From the human T2T-CHM13v2.0 reference genome, Homo sapiens: a stretch of DNA of 64,000 nt. This document shows, in pieces, positions 59,389 through 64,000 of this stretch. The stretch is from the NCBI RefSeq assembly GCF_009914755.1, contig NC_060947.1. One strand, written 5' to 3'. The first letter of the stretch is position 1. Each line of letters starts with the position of its first letter. The position numbers and the translations under genes were made by a program. The notes beneath the pieces are model-generated. The model was not told the DNA's origin, searched no databases, and saw only the letters and a list, made by a program, of their open reading frames with translations.

Positions 59389-61885
59389 TATGATTTGGAC
59401 TATAGTTCTTGGAGCTGAGCCTCTTTTTTGAGTTCTGCCCATTTTGAGCTGGTTTTCTATCCCTTTGTTTAGGAATGGGAACAGGTCTGTATCTTTCTCC
59501 TAAAGTCCGTTTCCGCTTCTATCAACAAAAACTGGGTTCTGTTATTCACAGCTATGAACTCTGACAAGTACAGTGGAATGAATGCATTTGGAAAGGAATG
59601 TCTGAATATATTTATATTGTAATCTAGGAGCTAAAAACATTCACCTGATCAGGGATAGTGAGGCAGCAGAAAAAGGGTAAAGATATGCTTGTGTTTGTGT
59701 GCATTCAAGAGACAGAATAATTAACCGGGGCAAGATTCCTCTGAAATGAGAGATAAGGCTTTCTGCTGAATATAAGGATTGTTATACATTCACCATCATA
59801 ATGGTAAATGATAAATTGTTAGATTGGCAGCTTACACAAATATAGTACTTTCATTTTACAAACGATTTTTAAAAACATTTATCATAGTAGAGAGAGATAA
59901 AATAAAATATTTTAATTCAAATTAACCTTTGTAGAAAAAATCACATTATAATAAATTTAGACTTATATTAATGGTCAAACTATGACAACATATAATTAGT
60001 AAAACAAAAGAGAATTTTAAAGGGAACATGATAATAGACTTATTATACATATCTAAGACATCCATTAACTATATTAAACCAAGGTAAGGAATCAATAAAA
60101 TGATCAACACATTTTTCTCTTAGGACTTTGGGTTTTCTTTTGTAAACAAAGGTAGGACACTCACCTGAGGATAGTGTATTCCTTTTTTGGAGTGTTATGA
60201 TTTGTGATTCTAACATAAAAAGAACTTTGTAAATAAGTGTTTCTAATTATAAAATGTGTCTCAAAGGACAGGCTTTGAGGGTAGACAATTCAAGTTTCTT
60301 CAGCAACAAGGAAAATAAATGCAGAATGCCATTTGGCCTGTTTTTTTTTTTTTTTTTTTTTTTTAAAAATGGTACAGTCTTGGTGCAGCTGCTGTTGGGT
60401 CCAATCAACAGATAGACTTTAAATGCAATAACCTTAAAGGGAGAGAGAATTTACAGCAACCCAAGTAAGGAGTCTGACTGGGGCATGTATTTCTTTGTGT
60501 TTCCTTTTCATGTTATGGGCTCTGTAGCTACCCTTGTATTGACCATTTGCAGTATATTCAAATAAATGCTGTATTCATACTTTAAATATACATATGGGCA
60601 TCTACTCTTTCCCTAGGGTGCCCCAAATAAAAAGGGCTCATTTCTTATCTGCAATCTGTAGGATGAAATCTTTGAACTTATTTTCCTGTATGTTGTGGTA
60701 GGTTTTCCCTGATTTATCCCCAATATTTTGTTTGTCAACCCTTCTGATTTGTGATAGTTTACAGTGGTACTCTGTGGCCCCATAAAGATCACCCATATCA
60801 CTTTGGTTCATTTGTCACCACTAGTGCTCATCTGCCACGTTGGCTTCCTGACACCTGAACTCCTTTTCCACAGCAGTGCTTAATGGTTAATGTGTACTCT
60901 GGGAATTCTGGTTTGTTTACTGGTTAGCAAATTAATGACTTGAGAAAGGTACCTTATTGAGAAGCAGTTAGTTCAATGGAGATTGCCACCATCTCTACAT
61001 TGACAGCAAAATGGCTCAGTGTCTTCAGCCCTTGTCTTCCTCCTGATGTTCAGACTTACCTATTCAAATGCGTGTTTTCTGATCACCTTATTTTCAATGT
61101 TCCAAGAGCTCCTTAAGACTATTATATCCCAAGTTGAGCTCTGTATGTCTGATTTGCTTTCCTCTTTCCATTCAGTTACTCTCCTTTGTATTTCCTATCC
61201 TGACTAACAGCCTTCCATGCAGCCAGTTCCCCCAAGCAAAAAACCTGGAAAAGGGATCATCCTAGAATTGTCCCTTCATTCCCCTCATCATCCCATCTAC
61301 TTAACGACTAAATTGTTCCACTTTCATCAAGTATTTCTTGAATCTGTCAGGTTTTTAAAGTTCTATTCTGCTTACTCATTGTCTCTAACTTGAGTCACCC
61401 TGCCACTAGTTTCACTCTCTTTTTTTCACTCTGAGCTCAACTGTCAAAGGGACATATGAGGATGCAAATCTAAAGCATATAAAAACGTCCCAACATCCTT
61501 ATATTCTACCCTGGAAAAAATTCTTTGAGATTTCAAATCTTCCATGACCTGGTCCATCTTGACAATTTCATTTGTCATGGCGTCATTTTTCAGCCTTCCT
61601 ACATATAAAAGGAAGTCCCCTTATCAAACTTGATTAGGGTAAGTGGATAGGCGGTTTTTGGAAAAATATTGTAAAATTGGAGGGATTATATAAATGTGTT
61701 TACACATCTTCAAACATTTTATTTTTCTTAGAATATACAAGTGGTCACTCATTTACTTCTCATTTGGTATGGGGTCCGAGACTTTTCCTGGAGTAAAAGC
61801 CCACAGGTTGAAGTTAAGCATATTACTTTTTGCATAAAACACTTCTACATTTCATAATCTGTGACTTTTAGTTTGGTTTCTTTGA

Positions 61886-62315
<430 letters not shown>

Positions 62316-64000
62316 TAATCACCTTTATCAAGTCTTCCAAAGCATTCAATTTAGTATTCATAGAAACCACAATTCTCTTATCTTTTCATTTCTATTTCAT
62401 TAGTTTTCATGATATTTAATTAAATAGGACAATTTTAATAATAAGAATAACTTGCATAGCCAGGTCAGGAACCACAGACTGTTGCCTCTTGGAGAACATA
62501 CTCTCAAATGGTGGGAGCCAAGGTACATGGTACCAGAAAGGATACTTGAACACCTTTCAAAAACATCAATAGGTTACTAATATCCATCAATAGGTTTGGA
62601 GTGGGAATTGGGCAGTTTATATGTAGAAAATGAAGAGTTTAGGGTAAGTCAATGGTGCTTGCTTAACAGAGCCTTTTTATACTGAACTGTGTATAGTCCT
62701 TCAATGTAGGCCATTTTTTCTTGCTTCAGTGATTTTGCTCCTGTCACTTTTTCTCTCTGGCATGTCCATTTACTCTTCATTTGCCTCTTCTCATCCTTTA
62801 AGACCCATCCCAGAGATCACGTTCCCTAACAAACTCTCCCTAACTCCTACTTTCCCAGGCACATAAAGTTCATGGAAGGCCACAAATAAAGTACATTCAC
62901 TTGTATATCTCCACACAGTGGTATCATCATTACCAGCCAATGCAACAACATATTTGGTGCCAGCTAGTCTGTTTCACTAGAACTAGCCAAGTTGAAAAAA
63001 TAAAATATGACATAAAACAATTAACTATGAAGCTGATTTTTCATAGTCTTTTGATGAAGAATTATGAATGCCCTTGAAAGCTTTTCAAGAGTCATCAGAG
63101 AACAGATGGGAAGAGACCAGCTTTTCCATTGACACCTGTGAATAATAATATCTGTATGATTCTCTCTGATCAATCTAAAAATAGCTCTTTGGTGATATGG
63201 ATTGCATCTAAAACATCTTGTGGCTATATGTAGGATGAGGCTAAAACATTCAGTTTCAGGGCTAATTCCTGCTTAATTCACTTAAAAGGTATTAGTTGAG
63301 ATACAGTGAGAGTAGGATAAACAAATGTACAAAATGTTTGAATCAAAGAGCTGCTTTTTGCCATAACTAGCTAAATAAATTGAAGTTACTTGTCTCTTAA
63401 ATGTACTAAATTCTGAAGAATACCTAAAATATTATTAACCAAACTCCTTCCATTTTTTTAAGACTAGAAGGGATCAAGGTCAATTTCTAGAATTGCAAAC
63501 GTATCCATGGAAATGTGATAACATGATAAAAACAGAAAAATTGGTCTGGCTCTTTAGATCTATTTTTAATCTATATAATAATGTCAAGTGTAAAGATTTA
63601 AATCTTCAGTTTAATCTGAATGTGAATAAAATTCTTACGATTTAAATTAAGAAAGTACTTACTGGCCATCTACAATATATCAGGCTTTCTGGTAAGTACT
63701 GTGGGTTATAGAGATAACAATAAGAGAGTCCTCTGCCCTCATGAAGCTTTTAATCTTGCTGGGGGAAAAGCATATGTAAATAGGTATGATACATGATATA
63801 TACATACAATATTACATGAGTGTTATAAAAAGGGGCAAGAAAACCTTAAGAGAATAAACTGCTTATGTTTGAGAAGAGCAGGTCACAATTCATTGAGGTA
63901 ATAGCAGTTAAGATGAGTCTTAAGGGATGTGTAAGATTTTGGGAAAAAAAATAAGGGGAAAGAGAATTCAACCAAAGGAAGCGGTTTTTTTTTTTTTTTG

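Noticed and set aside
60384-60396. GCAGCTGCTG MyoD-type E-box
   Set aside because: Single short motif without clear companion sites.

Overview
Primate (most likely human) AT-rich intronic DNA from the X-linked dystrophin gene (DMD), transcribed on the minus strand. The ORF track misses the only two real coding exons: exon 46 (34303-34450, 148 nt) and exon 47 (31819-31968, 150 nt), separated by a 2334-nt intron. Positions 1-31818 are part of intron 47 and 34451-64000 are part of intron 45, within the exon 45-55 deletion hotspot. The rest is largely transposon-derived: a young twin-primed inverted L1, older L1s, 12 Alus, a near full-length Hsmar1 mariner, Tigger/hAT fossils, MaLR/ERVL LTRs, MIR/L2 and microsatellites. 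Track ORFs are L1 ORF2 pieces, Hsmar1 transposase pieces or noise. I see no convincing new biological system. The best leads concern splicing: a 45-nt in-frame cryptic exon in intron 45, an in-frame cryptic donor inside exon 47, a poison-exon cluster and possible recursive splice points. Gene and repeat names come from recalled sequences, not a database search; old-repeat boundaries and subfamilies are approximate.
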